Source: a virus
Length of the DNA stretch: 64,000 nucleotides
Virus genome (UHGV): UHGV-0141541
Strand: one strand, 5' to 3'
A program made the position numbers and the translations under genes. Positions 38,032-48,761 of the stretch are shown here, in pieces (positions within the stretch are counted from its first letter, which is position 1; each line of letters opens with the position of its first letter). The notes under the pieces are model-generated. The model searched no databases. It saw only the letters and a list, made by a program, of their open reading frames with translations, and was not told where the DNA came from.

Positions 38032-38841
38032 TCATCCAATAGTGTACTCCGCGACAAACTTCTTAACGATCGGTGATTCTTCGTTCAATGTTAGATTTCC
38101 ACCGTCTCTAACGGCAATTCCTGTCGCTGGAAATACAGCCATCATTTGCCCAGCCTGAGTTGACGCAGTGTTAAGCGGATACGGTTTTTCTGGATTGCTC
38201 ATTAAAGCAATCTTAATACTATTACTTGTAGCCTTCTTTTCTGTGAGAAGGTGTCTCATGGAAATTACCGTGTAAACACTAATATCTGGACCTCCGCTAA
38301 ACCAATTAAGAAGGTTTAATATCTTATCCTTTGCTTTGACAGGCGCGTTATCGTAAGCGTCTAAGAAAATATCTTTTTCTAAGCCCGCTTTATTGAAAAA
38401 CGAATCATCTTTATCACTTAAAGTAAAACGCGGACCTCTTGCAGTACGAGCTTTTTTATTTGTATTGCTATCATTTGACTGTTGAACTTTTAATTCATCA
38501 TTAACCTCAACACACTCTTCAACCTCAATAAATCCCAATTGTTCTGGCTCGTTTTCGGCAGCTTCAACACTTTCAGCGTTAATTACGTTTATAGGCTCAT
38601 GCGCTAACTCCAACTCATTTAAAGCAGAGCTGAAATCACCTGTTTTTTCTTCATTGAACAGTTCTTCGGCAACATCATCAGAACTCATGGCTACGCCAGC
38701 ATCTAGGCCGAGCAGCAGATCGTCAATATCATCAGTATTTTCAACCTGTGCAGCTTTTTTTACTGGTTCATCAAGTGATTGCAACATGGCTGTCAGCTCG
38801 TCCAGATCATCATTTGTCATTACATTTTCAACCGAACTCAT
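38032..38841 (-). CDS. hypothetical protein with very acidic N-terminal half
   Basis: 269 aa; D/E-rich N-terminus; followed by two hairpins at 37925-37995. Confidence 0.5.
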   Translation of the reverse strand: MSSVENVMTNDDLDELTAMLQSLDEPVKKAAQVENTDDIDDLLLGLDAGVAMSSDDVAEELFNEEKTGDFSSALNELELAHEPINVINAESVEAAENEPEQLGFIEVEECVEVNDELKVQQSNDSNTNKKARTARGPRFTLSDKDDSFFNKAGLEKDIFLDAYDNAPVKAKDKILNLLNWFSGGPDISVYTVISMRHLLTEKKATSNSIKIALMSNPEKPYPLNTASTQAGQMMAVFPATGIAVRDGGNLTLNEESPIVKKFVAEYTIG

Positions 38842-38999
38842 GTAAGTCTCCTTCTGTTTGGTTACATTTGCGTTTCGATGGCTACATTTTGACTAAACCT
38901 ATCAGGCGGAAAAGTATTAAATACAGGCAGGAAATGATTGAAAGGCGACTGTTCTTTAAAAGAAAGCCTACTTTAAACTTTTTAAAGTAGGCTTTTGTT

Positions 39000-39557
39000 T
39001 TACACAATTTCAGAGGGTAATTTAAAAAATCCGTACTTATTACGTGCCTTAAAGAAGCATTGCATCATTAAGTTTGTGTCATATAAGGCACTATGTGCTT
39101 TGGCATGATCGTATATAAAGCCAAGAGAGAAGGCCAACTCTTCAAGGCGGGGACGTTTACCGTCTTCTGTGGCCCACAATCCCGATAACATAGTATCTAT
39201 AACAGGAACTTCTGGCAGTCTTACTCCATACCCTGAAAACTCGTGTCGAATAAATGGTATATCAAATGCTTCGCCGTTATGAGCAACCCACACACTACAT
39301 GCCCCCATATAAGCGCCAATTTCGCTGGCATGATTTGACAACAAAGGTTCAGCTGCGAGCTGTTCCAATGAAATGCCATGAACGGCTTGAGCTTTCGGAT
39401 CTATGTTTCTGCGAGGGTTAAAACGCATCTCCAGACTATCAATATGTCTCTGTGTCTCCAGTTCATAGCGGGTAATTGCGATTTCAATAATTTTATGACC
39501 AGCAAGGAAATCCAGTCCCGTAGACTCGATATCGATGCCTGCAACAATCGTTGTCAT
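39000..39557 (-). CDS. DnaQ-like 3'-5' exonuclease (DEDDh)
   Basis: 185 aa; Exo I GIDIESTG, Exo II HNGEAFDIPF, Exo III HSALYD. Confidence 0.75.
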   Translation of the reverse strand: MTTIVAGIDIESTGLDFLAGHKIIEIAITRYELETQRHIDSLEMRFNPRRNIDPKAQAVHGISLEQLAAEPLLSNHASEIGAYMGACSVWVAHNGEAFDIPFIRHEFSGYGVRLPEVPVIDTMLSGLWATEDGKRPRLEELAFSLGFIYDHAKAHSALYDTNLMMQCFFKARNKYGFFKLPSEIV

Positions 39558-39566
39558 CAGAACTCC

Positions 39567-39986
39567 TTACAACTTCTTAGCGCCCTTAAGTAGTGCGCTA
39601 CGTACAAATTGAGCCGCTTTTTTCAAAGTTTCTTCACTGGTTTCACAGACAATCGGATCTTTCCACTTACCTGACACAGTGTTGAGAATATTGATTTGGT
39701 TGCTATCCAGACAAACAGAGATATAAAGCACCGTGCCACCAGCCAGCATCAAATGCATAGGAAACAGAGGCTTTTTACTGCCTTCACTGAACTGAGACAT
39801 GGCGATGTTAATGGCTTCACCTACTTGTGCGCCAACAAGCCCCTGCGCAGTTTCGAATATGGCACGAATAGCCAGACGAGCCTCTCGATCGCTCATAAGC
39901 GACCGGGAATGTTCGTCCGCTACACGAATCAAAGCCTCTGTTGTTTTCCGATCCAGTTCATCTTCAAGCAACATTTCACTAAACAT
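39567..39986 (-). CDS. hypothetical protein
   Basis: 139 aa ORF. Confidence 0.5.
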   Translation of the reverse strand: MFSEMLLEDELDRKTTEALIRVADEHSRSLMSDREARLAIRAIFETAQGLVGAQVGEAINIAMSQFSEGSKKPLFPMHLMLAGGTVLYISVCLDSNQINILNTVSGKWKDPIVCETSEETLKKAAQFVRSALLKGAKKL

Positions 39987-40047
39987 TTTTTATCCTTAAC
40001 CCATTTTGAGAGTTTTATTGTCGCAATGTCGAAGAGGCGAACAATTT

Positions 40048-40692
40048 CTAATGAACGGTCACTCGGCCACAGAACCGGTTTTCTATCTTTTCTACAGCGT
40101 TATCTAGCATTCTCATCACTGATCTGGCTCTTGCTTCAACCGTGCGATACCGGTTGGAAACGACGAAGGTTTGCAGATCTCCCCTTTGCGGATGCAGGTG
40201 AATTTTTGTCAGTTCCCCGCACATCAACGCATCAATACGAGCGACATACAGACGGTCTAATGATGCTCGTTGTGATCGCAAGTAATCTCGCTCTGAGAGA
40301 GCGACTCCCGGGCGTAAGCCAGCAATGGCGTTAAAGTTTGAAATAGCAGTTTTGTGGCAAAACTTTTCGATATCGAGGGCTAACTCAATACACCGATCTT
40401 CATTTGTATGGCCGACCAAATCCAACGTGTAGGCCATAACATCAGCAGGTGTGCGATCGATAACAAAGCCTTCAACACCACGCGTAAGTAGCTCTATATG
40501 CTTTGCTATTTCCATTTGAATCTGAAGCCGCTCATATAGAGGCATAGAATCACCTACTCGAACACCGAGGCGGCTCATCAAACTTCCGACACCAGCATCC
40601 ACGTAAGGGATTCCGTAATGTTTGTCGATATATTTAGCCAGGGTTGTTTTCCCACTGCCCTGAGCACCAGTGATCCCAATCCGGTAATCCAT
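40048..40692 (-). CDS. P-loop kinase, possible dNMP kinase
   Basis: 214 aa; Walker A GITGAQGSGKTT at N-terminus; in nucleotide-metabolism block next to DHFR/ThyA; substrate unverified. Confidence 0.55.
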   Translation of the reverse strand: MDYRIGITGAQGSGKTTLAKYIDKHYGIPYVDAGVGSLMSRLGVRVGDSMPLYERLQIQMEIAKHIELLTRGVEGFVIDRTPADVMAYTLDLVGHTNEDRCIELALDIEKFCHKTAISNFNAIAGLRPGVALSERDYLRSQRASLDRLYVARIDALMCGELTKIHLHPQRGDLQTFVVSNRYRTVEARARSVMRMLDNAVEKIENRFCGRVTVH

Positions 40693-41168
40693 TACGACCT
40701 TCTGTATACGATCTGCGAAAAGCCAGGCTCTTCCTCGCTGGCTCGTTGGGTATAAGCTGTTTCAACAGGCACAAAGCCTAAGTTACGCATCATGCTTGCC
40801 GGGAAGAATGCATCGGCGTTTGGTACATCAACGCCGATGTGGGAGAGCCAAATCTCTTCAACATGCGGCATGAATAGCGAGTAAATTTGTTCCCCGCCAA
40901 TCACCCACACAGGCTCTGGTAATCGCAACACATCATCCATACCAGCAGGGTAGAATCCATTTGGTACAAAGCCATGAGAGCGCGTCAAAACGAGGTTATG
41001 ACGCTCTGGAAGAGGGCGTTTGAGACTTTCCATCGTTTTACGCCCCATAACGACAGTGGCGTTTTTGGTGAGTCTCTTAAATAGCTTCAGATCGGTAGAA
41101 CAACGCCAGGGGAGTTCATTCGCTATGCCGATCTCATAGTTACGGCCAACAGCAGCGATCATCTTCAT
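40692..41168 (-). CDS. folA: dihydrofolate reductase
   Basis: 158 aa; N-terminal IAAVGRNYEIG..LPW, VVMGRKT, VIGG matches DHFR family pattern. Confidence 0.8.
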   Translation of the reverse strand: MKMIAAVGRNYEIGIANELPWRCSTDLKLFKRLTKNATVVMGRKTMESLKRPLPERHNLVLTRSHGFVPNGFYPAGMDDVLRLPEPVWVIGGEQIYSLFMPHVEEIWLSHIGVDVPNADAFFPASMMRNLGFVPVETAYTQRASEEEPGFSQIVYRRS

Positions 41169-41578
41169 TTGCTCACCTCATAGATGACCGGTCGATGGTG
41201 AGAGTCGGCTAAAGCGGCACGGAGTCGAGGATCGTGCACCAGCGCAGCGATAAGCAGATCGCCTTTATGCTCCGCTAATGTGCGCTTAATATGCTTCTCA
41301 TAACTGGTGCCATTCGGTACGAGATGAAGCCAGTCATAATCAACGCCAAAATCTTTCAGCCATCGTTTAGTTGGCGCTTCAAGAGTTTCAGAGCGGCTAC
41401 TGATAAGCACCACTTCAGCCCCTGAGCGAGCAAAACCACGCAACATACGGCTGGTGGGGAAAATGAGTTCATCACCGGCAATGAGCTGGCCTGCATCCGC
41501 GTCAGATACTGATTTACGATGGCTGGCATTTGCCAGCACACCTTCAATTTCGCATAAGACATACATACCTCTTGCCAT
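41165..41578 (-). CDS. hypothetical protein
   Basis: ORF track 41165-41626; start moved to MARGMYV immediately after the thyA stop; HAD-like identity not supported (no DxD). Confidence 0.5.
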   Translation of the reverse strand: MARGMYVLCEIEGVLANASHRKSVSDADAGQLIAGDELIFPTSRMLRGFARSGAEVVLISSRSETLEAPTKRWLKDFGVDYDWLHLVPNGTSYEKHIKRTLAEHKGDLLIAALVHDPRLRAALADSHHRPVIYEVSK

Positions 41579-41579
41579 A

Positions 41580-42683
41580 TCACACCGCCACTGGAACCTT
41601 GATCCACGGTAGAGGGTCATAGCCAAGAATTAAAACTTCGTCCCATTTGAAATCATCCAACTCTGACCATTCATGAGGGAAAATAACGACCGGATCTGAA
41701 TGCTCTGGAGCCTGTCGTTTCATTAGCTCACACACACCTTCCATGTGGTTGTTGTACAAATGCACGTCAAAGCCAAAATGCACAAATGCACCGGCCATGT
41801 GACCCGTAATCTTCGCGAGAAAATGAGTGAGAATGCCATAGCCAGCAATATTGAATGGCATACCAACAAAAGTGTCTACGCTACGCTGTACGAGGCAGGA
41901 GTTGAGGATGCGTTTGGGGATTCCAAGTTCATCCAGTTCAGCTTCAGTAACACTGCCGTCCATCTCCAGATCGTATAGCATCTTGGTGTAGATAGACTCG
42001 TAACCGAGGCGACTGTGTTGAAGACCAATGTCAGTTGCCATCGTTAAACGGGTTTCAAAATCCAGCTCACGACTCCACAAAGAGAAGACAAAGTGGCAAG
42101 GTGGCAGTTTCATATCCTCAAGCTCGCCTACGTTCCATGCGTTAAGCATGATGCGACGATCGGTAGGGTTCGTGCGCAGTGTATCGACAATACGCTGTAG
42201 CTGATCGATTTCACGGGACAGCACTACGCGATCTTCACTGATACCCAGGTATCCCTCGACTTTGTACCCGCGTTCACGGAAAGTAGCGATCTTGCTCAGA
42301 TATTCACTATGGCTCACGATGCGGGTATCTTCCCATCGACGCCACTGCTTACCGTAAACCGGCCCCAAATCGCCATTCTCATCGGCCCATGCATCCCAAA
42401 TCTTAACGCCGTTATCCTTGAGAAATTGGATGTTGCCCGTGCCTTTCAGATACCACTCAAGTTCGACAAGCAGTGGCTTAAGATTTACCGCCTTTCCAGA
42501 AATAAGCGGCACAGTCCCACCAGTAAGCATGTAGTAAGAGGGAACGTAGCAGGTGCTTAAAGTACCAGTGCCTGTGCGATCATCAGCCTGCACGCCGCTT
42601 TTAAGCACCGTCTCAATAACTTTTGCATACGATGCGTTTGTTACCTGACCGTTCGTATGCTCACGATTCAAAAGGAGTGACAC
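41580..42683 (-). CDS. thyA: thymidylate synthase (ThyA-type) with insertions
   Basis: DRTGTGT, WADENGDLGPVYGKQWR, LPPCH (catalytic Cys), PFNIAGY; start uncertain (GTG with RBS GAGG proposed); about 100 aa longer than E. coli ThyA. Confidence 0.85.
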   Translation of the reverse strand: MSLLLNREHTNGQVTNASYAKVIETVLKSGVQADDRTGTGTLSTCYVPSYYMLTGGTVPLISGKAVNLKPLLVELEWYLKGTGNIQFLKDNGVKIWDAWADENGDLGPVYGKQWRRWEDTRIVSHSEYLSKIATFRERGYKVEGYLGISEDRVVLSREIDQLQRIVDTLRTNPTDRRIMLNAWNVGELEDMKLPPCHFVFSLWSRELDFETRLTMATDIGLQHSRLGYESIYTKMLYDLEMDGSVTEAELDELGIPKRILNSCLVQRSVDTFVGMPFNIAGYGILTHFLAKITGHMAGAFVHFGFDVHLYNNHMEGVCELMKRQAPEHSDPVVIFPHEWSELDDFKWDEVLILGYDPLPWIKVPVAV

Positions 42684-42854
42684 AAAAACCTCACAAAGAT
42701 AAGTAATCACTTATTCATTAAGTGAGTTTACATTTATTGTGGGAACAAGGCCAGATAGATAAAAAAATGGTGGCCTATGGCCACCAAAAACGAATAGTTG
42801 CTTCAGGAATTTAACGCGCCAACACAATATACATAGATAGATAACTACCTACAA

Positions 42855-43724
42855 TTATTTTTTGATCATTCCGTACATTGCTGAGGCTTTAGCTTGCTCA
42901 ACAAAGGAGGATAAATCGACATCACTATAGGTTGGAGACTTCAGAATCTTTCCATCGGAAATTCGAAAACCGATCATCTTATCGGTACCATCAGCATGGC
43001 GAAATCCCAGGTCTGAAGAGTCGTATTTGCAGTTGGCCACAGCCTGGCGACGTTCCTCGACATCAGCAGGCCATAATTTTGTCATGTTAGACCGATGAAT
43101 TTCGCCAACCAGCTCGACTACATTGATGCCGAGGAAATCAGCCAGTCGATAGGTCATCATGCACGCCACATAGATTTTGTTCATGACACGGCGCAGTTCC
43201 TGAATCAGCTCAGAATCCTTAACAGTCTTGTTCTCAAGTTTATCTGCCAGCTCTTCGAGCATACATGACGCCTCACGAGCTTCCTGAAATGGCATTGCCA
43301 TATCATCGAAAACAGTGTTACCAGGCACAAAAATTGTCTGCATAAAGCGATCAATGCTCTGTTCCTGCGTGTAATAGGTCATGCCGGTAGAAATACCACC
43401 TTTGATGGCGACCATCGTACCAACACCAACGTATAAAAAGTCGGCCATGGCATCCAGCAGTTGCTCAATATCCCCATTCATTGCGGCTGGAATACCTTCC
43501 ACTACAGCTTCTTCATGAATCAGGCTTGCACGGAGACGAAGCAGCTCTGGTGTCGGCATAACGCGTCTCGGATGCTGGAAGAGTTCATGAAACTGATCGA
43601 CCATCTTGTAAATACTTTCAGTGGCTACACCATGGCCTTCATGCAACTCATATGGTTCTGGCTTAAATCCAATGAGTCGATCGGTGGCAAGTTTCAGGTG
43701 GTCAGTCAGTTTGGTAAAGTTCAT
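42855..43724 (-). CDS. hypothetical protein, possibly MazG-like NTP pyrophosphohydrolase
   Basis: 289 aa; EExxE ... E..LDAMAD pattern loosely resembles the MazG core; weak. Confidence 0.3.
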   Translation of the reverse strand: MNFTKLTDHLKLATDRLIGFKPEPYELHEGHGVATESIYKMVDQFHELFQHPRRVMPTPELLRLRASLIHEEAVVEGIPAAMNGDIEQLLDAMADFLYVGVGTMVAIKGGISTGMTYYTQEQSIDRFMQTIFVPGNTVFDDMAMPFQEAREASCMLEELADKLENKTVKDSELIQELRRVMNKIYVACMMTYRLADFLGINVVELVGEIHRSNMTKLWPADVEERRQAVANCKYDSSDLGFRHADGTDKMIGFRISDGKILKSPTYSDVDLSSFVEQAKASAMYGMIKK

Positions 43725-43801
43725 GCTAGTTTTGTTCCTTCTTAATTCTTGTGATCCATTGTGGCCCAGCGTTGCCAGGCCACATAATGCTTTGTATCGG
43801 T

Positions 43802-44944
43802 TTACAGGTCTGCAAACTGGCTTAGAGAAGCCTTATCCACGGTAGAATCGATCTGACCTACCAGATATGTGCTTTGCTCTGCCTCTTGTGGTGCAATTTG
43901 CAGTGTGTCGGTTAACAACCACTTGTTCATCCAGACCAGCGGATCAGTGGTAACTTCTGGAAATAAAGCCTTCAGGCCAAGACGATTCATAGCCAGATTG
44001 GTTCGGTATTTTACATAGGTCTTCAGAATATCCGCGTTTAAACCAATCATCGAACCGTCTTTGAAGAGATAGTCTGCCCAGTTCATTTCTTGTTCGGCGA
44101 CTGATTTCATGGTGTCGTAAATGACGTTTTCTTCATCAGCAGCAATCTCTTTCCACAATAAACCTTCGCGACCGGTACGCATGAAGCGGATCATGCGTTC
44201 AGTTCCTTCGCAATGCAGAGCTTCATCACGGGCAATAAAGCGCATAATTTTGGTGTTACCCTCAAGCAACTTCCGTTCGCCAAAGGCAAACGTACATGCA
44301 AAACTTACATAGAAACGGATCGCCTCAAGCGCATTAATGGACACCAACGTGCGGAAAAGCTGACGATGCAAAGGGTATGGCTCCCAGCCATATTCATTTA
44401 CGTACAGACGTTCAAACTCTTTCTCACCTAACGACTGGCGCTCGCAGGTCATCCCATAAAGCCTGTCATATTCAGCAGAGATACTGATCGCTCGGTTGAT
44501 GATTTCTTCATCCGTAACAATACCGTCAAAAACAATGCTCGGATCGTCCACCATGCCACGAATAATGTGGGTGTAGCTGCGGCTATGGATAGTCTCAGAG
44601 AAAGACCATGTTTCAACCCACGTTTCCAGTTCAGGAATAGAGATAAGCGGCAGCAGCGTTGCATTTGGGCTACGTCCCTGAACTGAGTCGAGTAACGTTT
44701 GATAACGGAGATTGCTCAGAAAAATGTGACGTTCGTGGTCCCGCAGCTTCGTGTTGAAGTCGATACGATCGCTCGAAATATCAACTTCTTCCGGCCGCCA
44801 GAAGAAAGACAATTGACGTTCAATCAACTTTTCAAAATCACGGTATTTTTGCTGATCGTAACGTGCCACGTTGACAGATTGTCCGAGGAACATAGGCTCT
44901 TTGGTTGCATCATTAGCACCCAAACGGAACGTTGAATATGACAT
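43802..44944 (-). CDS. nrdB: ribonucleoside-diphosphate reductase beta subunit (class Ia)
   Basis: start set at MSYSTFRL (RBS AAGGA); long stretches match E. coli NrdB (e.g. [37 protein letters not shown]). Confidence 0.9.
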   Translation of the reverse strand: MSYSTFRLGANDATKEPMFLGQSVNVARYDQQKYRDFEKLIERQLSFFWRPEEVDISSDRIDFNTKLRDHERHIFLSNLRYQTLLDSVQGRSPNATLLPLISIPELETWVETWSFSETIHSRSYTHIIRGMVDDPSIVFDGIVTDEEIINRAISISAEYDRLYGMTCERQSLGEKEFERLYVNEYGWEPYPLHRQLFRTLVSINALEAIRFYVSFACTFAFGERKLLEGNTKIMRFIARDEALHCEGTERMIRFMRTGREGLLWKEIAADEENVIYDTMKSVAEQEMNWADYLFKDGSMIGLNADILKTYVKYRTNLAMNRLGLKALFPEVTTDPLVWMNKWLLTDTLQIAPQEAEQSTYLVGQIDSTVDKASLSQFADL

Positions 44945-45049
44945 GTGTTTTTCCTTTTGCTTTTTGATGTGTTTAAACAAGTTGTTATCTTATTTGTTTA
45001 AACAAGGCTTACAAATCAAAGAGAAGGTGGGGTTATACCCCACCATATG

Positions 45050-47365
45050 TCAGATTTTGCAGGCTCCGTCGCACTCATCTTCTGGCTCGACGGCTACAGC
45101 TTGCGTCAGTGGATTCTGCGGTTCGTCGTCATCACGCTTTCCTGCCCCATCTCTGGTGTTGTGGTAGTAAAGCGTTTTAACTCCCATCTTGTAGGCGAGA
45201 AGCAAATCTGACAGTAGCGTCATCATTGGGACTTTATCGCCTTCAAAGCGAGAAGGGTCATAGTTGGTATTGGCTGAAATAGCCTGGTCAAAGAACTTCT
45301 GGATGATCGCCACCTTTGTCAGATAGCCGCGGTTGTCCGGCATATCCCACAGGTATTCATACTGTTCCTTCAGTTTTTCAAACTCAGGCACGACCATCTT
45401 AACGATGCCGTCCTTAGAAGATTTCACCGACACCGGGCCACGAGGCGGTTCGATGCCGTTGGTGGAATTAGTGATCTGGCTGGAAGTCTCGCATGGCATT
45501 TGTGCCGTCAGTGTGGAGTTGCGAAGGCCGTATTTTGCAATACGTTCACGCAGTTCTTCCCACGGCATCTTTAACTCAAAGTTGGTTTCGCCACTTTCGT
45601 CTAATGAAGAACGGTAATGGTCGATCGGCAACTGACCAATTGCGTACTTGGTCTGCTCAAACCAGTCACACTCACCTTTTGCTTCAGCAAGTCGGCAGCT
45701 GGCATCAAGAAGGTAATACTGGATAGCTTCGAACGTTTCATGCACCAGTTTATTGCCAGCGGTATCAGAATAACGAACGCTATTCTTTGCCAGGTAATAA
45801 GCAAAGTTGGTTACACCAATTCCCAAGCTACGACGAGCTTTGGCAGGCACTTCGGCTGCCTCCATCGGATAGTCTTGATAATCCAGTAACGAATCCAGTG
45901 CAGCAACGGCATAGAACGCCACCTCTTTAAGAGACTCCAGTGAACGGATGGCTCCGAGGTTAAAAGCGGATAAAGTGCATAGCGCGATCTCACCGTTCGG
46001 GTCGTCGGTAAATGCCAGTGGACGAGTGGGTAGAGTGATCTCCATGCACAGGTTTGACTGGCGGACAGGTGCAAGAGCAGGAATGAAAGCGCCATGCTCA
46101 TTAATATGATCGACGTTCGCAATATAAATTCGGCCCGTGGACGCTCGTTCCTGCATCAGAGATGAGAACAGCTCAATGGCAGGTACTGACTTCTTGCGAA
46201 TTGAATCATCGGCTTCGTATTTATGGTACAGCTTTTCAAACAGCTCCTGGTCTGTGAAGAAGGCTTCGTACATATCAGGCACATCATGCGGGCTGAACAG
46301 AGTGATGTTCTCGCTTCTGACGAGTCGACGGTACATTAGACGGTTACTCATGACGCCGTAATCAAGATGGCGAACGCGGTTTTCATCAATACCACGGTTA
46401 TTTTTCACCACCAGCAGACTTTCAACTTCAAGATGCCAGATCGGGTAAAACGCTGTTGCTGCGCCACCACGAACACCACCTTGCGAACAAGATTTAACAG
46501 CCGTCTGGAAATGCTTCAGGAATGGAATAACTCCGGTATGGGTGGCTTCACCATTGCGGATCTCGCTGCCCAGCGCACGGATACGGCCAAAACCAATACC
46601 AATTCCAGCACGACGTGAAACGTAGTCGATAATTGCGGCTGAAGCTGCACTAATCCCTTTCAGACTATCGCCAGACTCAATCAGCACACAACTGGAGAAC
46701 TGACGGGTTGGAGTACGGACGCCGGCCATGATTGGTGTGGGCAGAGACAGTTTGAACGTACTTGTAACGTCATAGAAACCTTTGACCATCTCCATACGTG
46801 TTTTGCCAGCGCAGTCGTCTTCCCAATTCTGGAACAGACACATGCCTACCAGCATATAGATATGTTGCGGCCCCTCATGAATCTCACCAGTAACACGGTT
46901 TTGAACGAGGTATTTGCTTTGCAACTGCACCGTAGCTGCATAGCCAAAAAGATCGTCACGTTTCGGCTTAATGTAATTGCCGAGTTCTTCGATCTCTTCA
47001 AACGAATAATGTGTCAGCAAATCCTTGTCATAAACGCCCTTGTTAACGTTCTTGACAATGTGTTGGTAGAAGTTCGGATAGTCGTAACGACCGAAGGCAT
47101 CTTTGCGGATTTTAAAAATGTTCAGGCGGGCAGCCACCTGTGAGTAATTTGGTGCTTCTGGTGAGATCAAATCAGCGGCAGATTTAACCAAAGCCTCATG
47201 CAACTGGCTGGTGGTAATCCCATCAAAAATGCTGGCCGCAGCTCCCATTGCTACAGCGGATGCGCTTACACCACGAATGCCTTCTACGCCATACATTACG
47301 ACGCGGTTGTATTTTTCTTCGGATAACGGCTCTGTTTGGCCGTTACGTTTTACGATGCTTATCAT
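45050..47365 (-). CDS. nrdA: ribonucleoside-diphosphate reductase alpha subunit (class Ia)
   Basis: 771 aa; ATP-cone N-terminus, GVRTPTRQFSSCVLIE, VRQSNLCMEI, C-terminal CDGACKI. Confidence 0.92.
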   Translation of the reverse strand: MISIVKRNGQTEPLSEEKYNRVVMYGVEGIRGVSASAVAMGAAASIFDGITTSQLHEALVKSAADLISPEAPNYSQVAARLNIFKIRKDAFGRYDYPNFYQHIVKNVNKGVYDKDLLTHYSFEEIEELGNYIKPKRDDLFGYAATVQLQSKYLVQNRVTGEIHEGPQHIYMLVGMCLFQNWEDDCAGKTRMEMVKGFYDVTSTFKLSLPTPIMAGVRTPTRQFSSCVLIESGDSLKGISAASAAIIDYVSRRAGIGIGFGRIRALGSEIRNGEATHTGVIPFLKHFQTAVKSCSQGGVRGGAATAFYPIWHLEVESLLVVKNNRGIDENRVRHLDYGVMSNRLMYRRLVRSENITLFSPHDVPDMYEAFFTDQELFEKLYHKYEADDSIRKKSVPAIELFSSLMQERASTGRIYIANVDHINEHGAFIPALAPVRQSNLCMEITLPTRPLAFTDDPNGEIALCTLSAFNLGAIRSLESLKEVAFYAVAALDSLLDYQDYPMEAAEVPAKARRSLGIGVTNFAYYLAKNSVRYSDTAGNKLVHETFEAIQYYLLDASCRLAEAKGECDWFEQTKYAIGQLPIDHYRSSLDESGETNFELKMPWEELRERIAKYGLRNSTLTAQMPCETSSQITNSTNGIEPPRGPVSVKSSKDGIVKMVVPEFEKLKEQYEYLWDMPDNRGYLTKVAIIQKFFDQAISANTNYDPSRFEGDKVPMMTLLSDLLLAYKMGVKTLYYHNTRDGAGKRDDDEPQNPLTQAVAVEPEDECDGACKI

Positions 47366-47438
47366 GTATCACCAAATAAAGAGGGCCACTAAATATAGTG
47401 GCCCATGTTAATAGATAAGCACTTACCTATCAATGAAA

Positions 47439-48008
47439 TCAAATGAGAGACTTAAGAACATCGCGCACCTGGCGGAACTGATCTGTTTGCATACCGGTAT
47501 GGATGGCAGCCACCGCATCAGCCAAATGTTCGTTTTTGTTCACGAGAACATCCTGTCCAGATTGCTTACGACGCAGCCACGGTGCTTTAGGGTGTTTTTT
47601 CGTAGCCCACTGGATAATCTCTTCTTTCGATGTAGTAAGTTTATTGCCGACAAAATGCTTGATTTCGTTTGGAGTAACCTGGATCAATGGCTTATCCACA
47701 CACGCAAGTACACCGATACAAATACCGTAAGACGTCTGCGAACGAGAGTTTTGGCTCCCAACCGGTAGCTCACAAAAAACCATATTTGCCTTATCAATGA
47801 TTGGCTTCGCAACACGCCATATTTCACTGGCTCGGCGCAGATCGTCACTGTTCACACGAACGGTCTTTTTGTTACTCCCCGCTTTAGTCTCAACAAGAGT
47901 AAGGCCGAGAATCTCAAGTTCGTCCGTCTCAAGGTCTAAAGTGCCCACAGCAAGCCCAAAGTTGCTCATTGAGGGATCAACACCAACTACGCTGATTTTT
48001 TTACTCAT
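47439..48008 (-). CDS. RuvC-like Holliday junction resolvase (phage type)
   Basis: 189 aa; N-terminal VVGVDPS..NFG and NEHLADAVA resemble RuvC-fold resolvase catalytic motifs. Confidence 0.55.
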   Translation of the reverse strand: MSKKISVVGVDPSMSNFGLAVGTLDLETDELEILGLTLVETKAGSNKKTVRVNSDDLRRASEIWRVAKPIIDKANMVFCELPVGSQNSRSQTSYGICIGVLACVDKPLIQVTPNEIKHFVGNKLTTSKEEIIQWATKKHPKAPWLRRKQSGQDVLVNKNEHLADAVAAIHTGMQTDQFRQVRDVLKSLI

Positions 48009-48017
48009 ATAGTCTCC

Positions 48018-48761
48018 TTACCATGTTCCCCATATAGGGTTTTCCAATAATCTCGCCTCCAACGAATTGGCTACTATTGCCGTTTGCAACGTTGGTTGGG
48101 GATAGTTTGCAAAGTCTGAATACTCATTTTCCTGCGTGACACGTTTATCTGCGGCATGTTTAACACCACTTGCTATGAAATGACGCATGATGCCCAACAG
48201 CCTCCGACTGTCTGCACTATCGTTTGCTAAAACATGAGGGAGCTGAAGTTCGATTTCTACCATTTCTCCATACTTACCAACAAACTGTAGTTTGTCCGCA
48301 CTGTACTTTTTATCCCTCCTTTGGATAAGGAAACCAGTAAAAGCATCACCTGGCGATGCCAAACTATCCACCCGCTTATTGGCAAGTCGAATAAGGTTCG
48401 TGAAAGCCATACAGTGATGCGCACCCATTCCCCCAAAGAACCCTTCGCTATTAATGTTAAGATCTTCAGTTTCATGGGATGCAATAAACCCAGGCCCGAC
48501 GTTGGGAAGATATCCCCCCTCAACAAAAGGATTAATCAGGATCGGCGCAATACATCCAGGTGGTAGTGATTTCAAACTTTGCATCAATGGCGTCTCGGAT
48601 ATTAGACCAAGCAACGCGGCGAATTGTACTCCGTCAATATTGTTGCTGCCCCACAGAATACGTGGAGCCGCACCATTGGAAGTATGCCCATTGATCAGTT
48701 TTATCGACTGCATCACTGCAAATACCTGCAAAAACTGCGAGCGGCTTAATTTAAACGACAT
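48018..48761 (-). CDS. hypothetical protein
   Basis: 247 aa ORF between resolvase and SbcC-like genes. Confidence 0.5.
   Translation of the reverse strand: MSFKLSRSQFLQVFAVMQSIKLINGHTSNGAAPRILWGSNNIDGVQFAALLGLISETPLMQSLKSLPPGCIAPILINPFVEGGYLPNVGPGFIASHETEDLNINSEGFFGGMGAHHCMAFTNLIRLANKRVDSLASPGDAFTGFLIQRRDKKYSADKLQFVGKYGEMVEIELQLPHVLANDSADSRRLLGIMRHFIASGVKHAADKRVTQENEYSDFANYPQPTLQTAIVANSLEARLLENPIWGTW

Noticed and set aside
37845-38057. 70-aa ORF between dam and the acidic protein gene
   Set aside because: Overlaps two strong hairpins at 37925-37995 and both neighbouring genes; intergenic terminator/promoter region rather than a gene.
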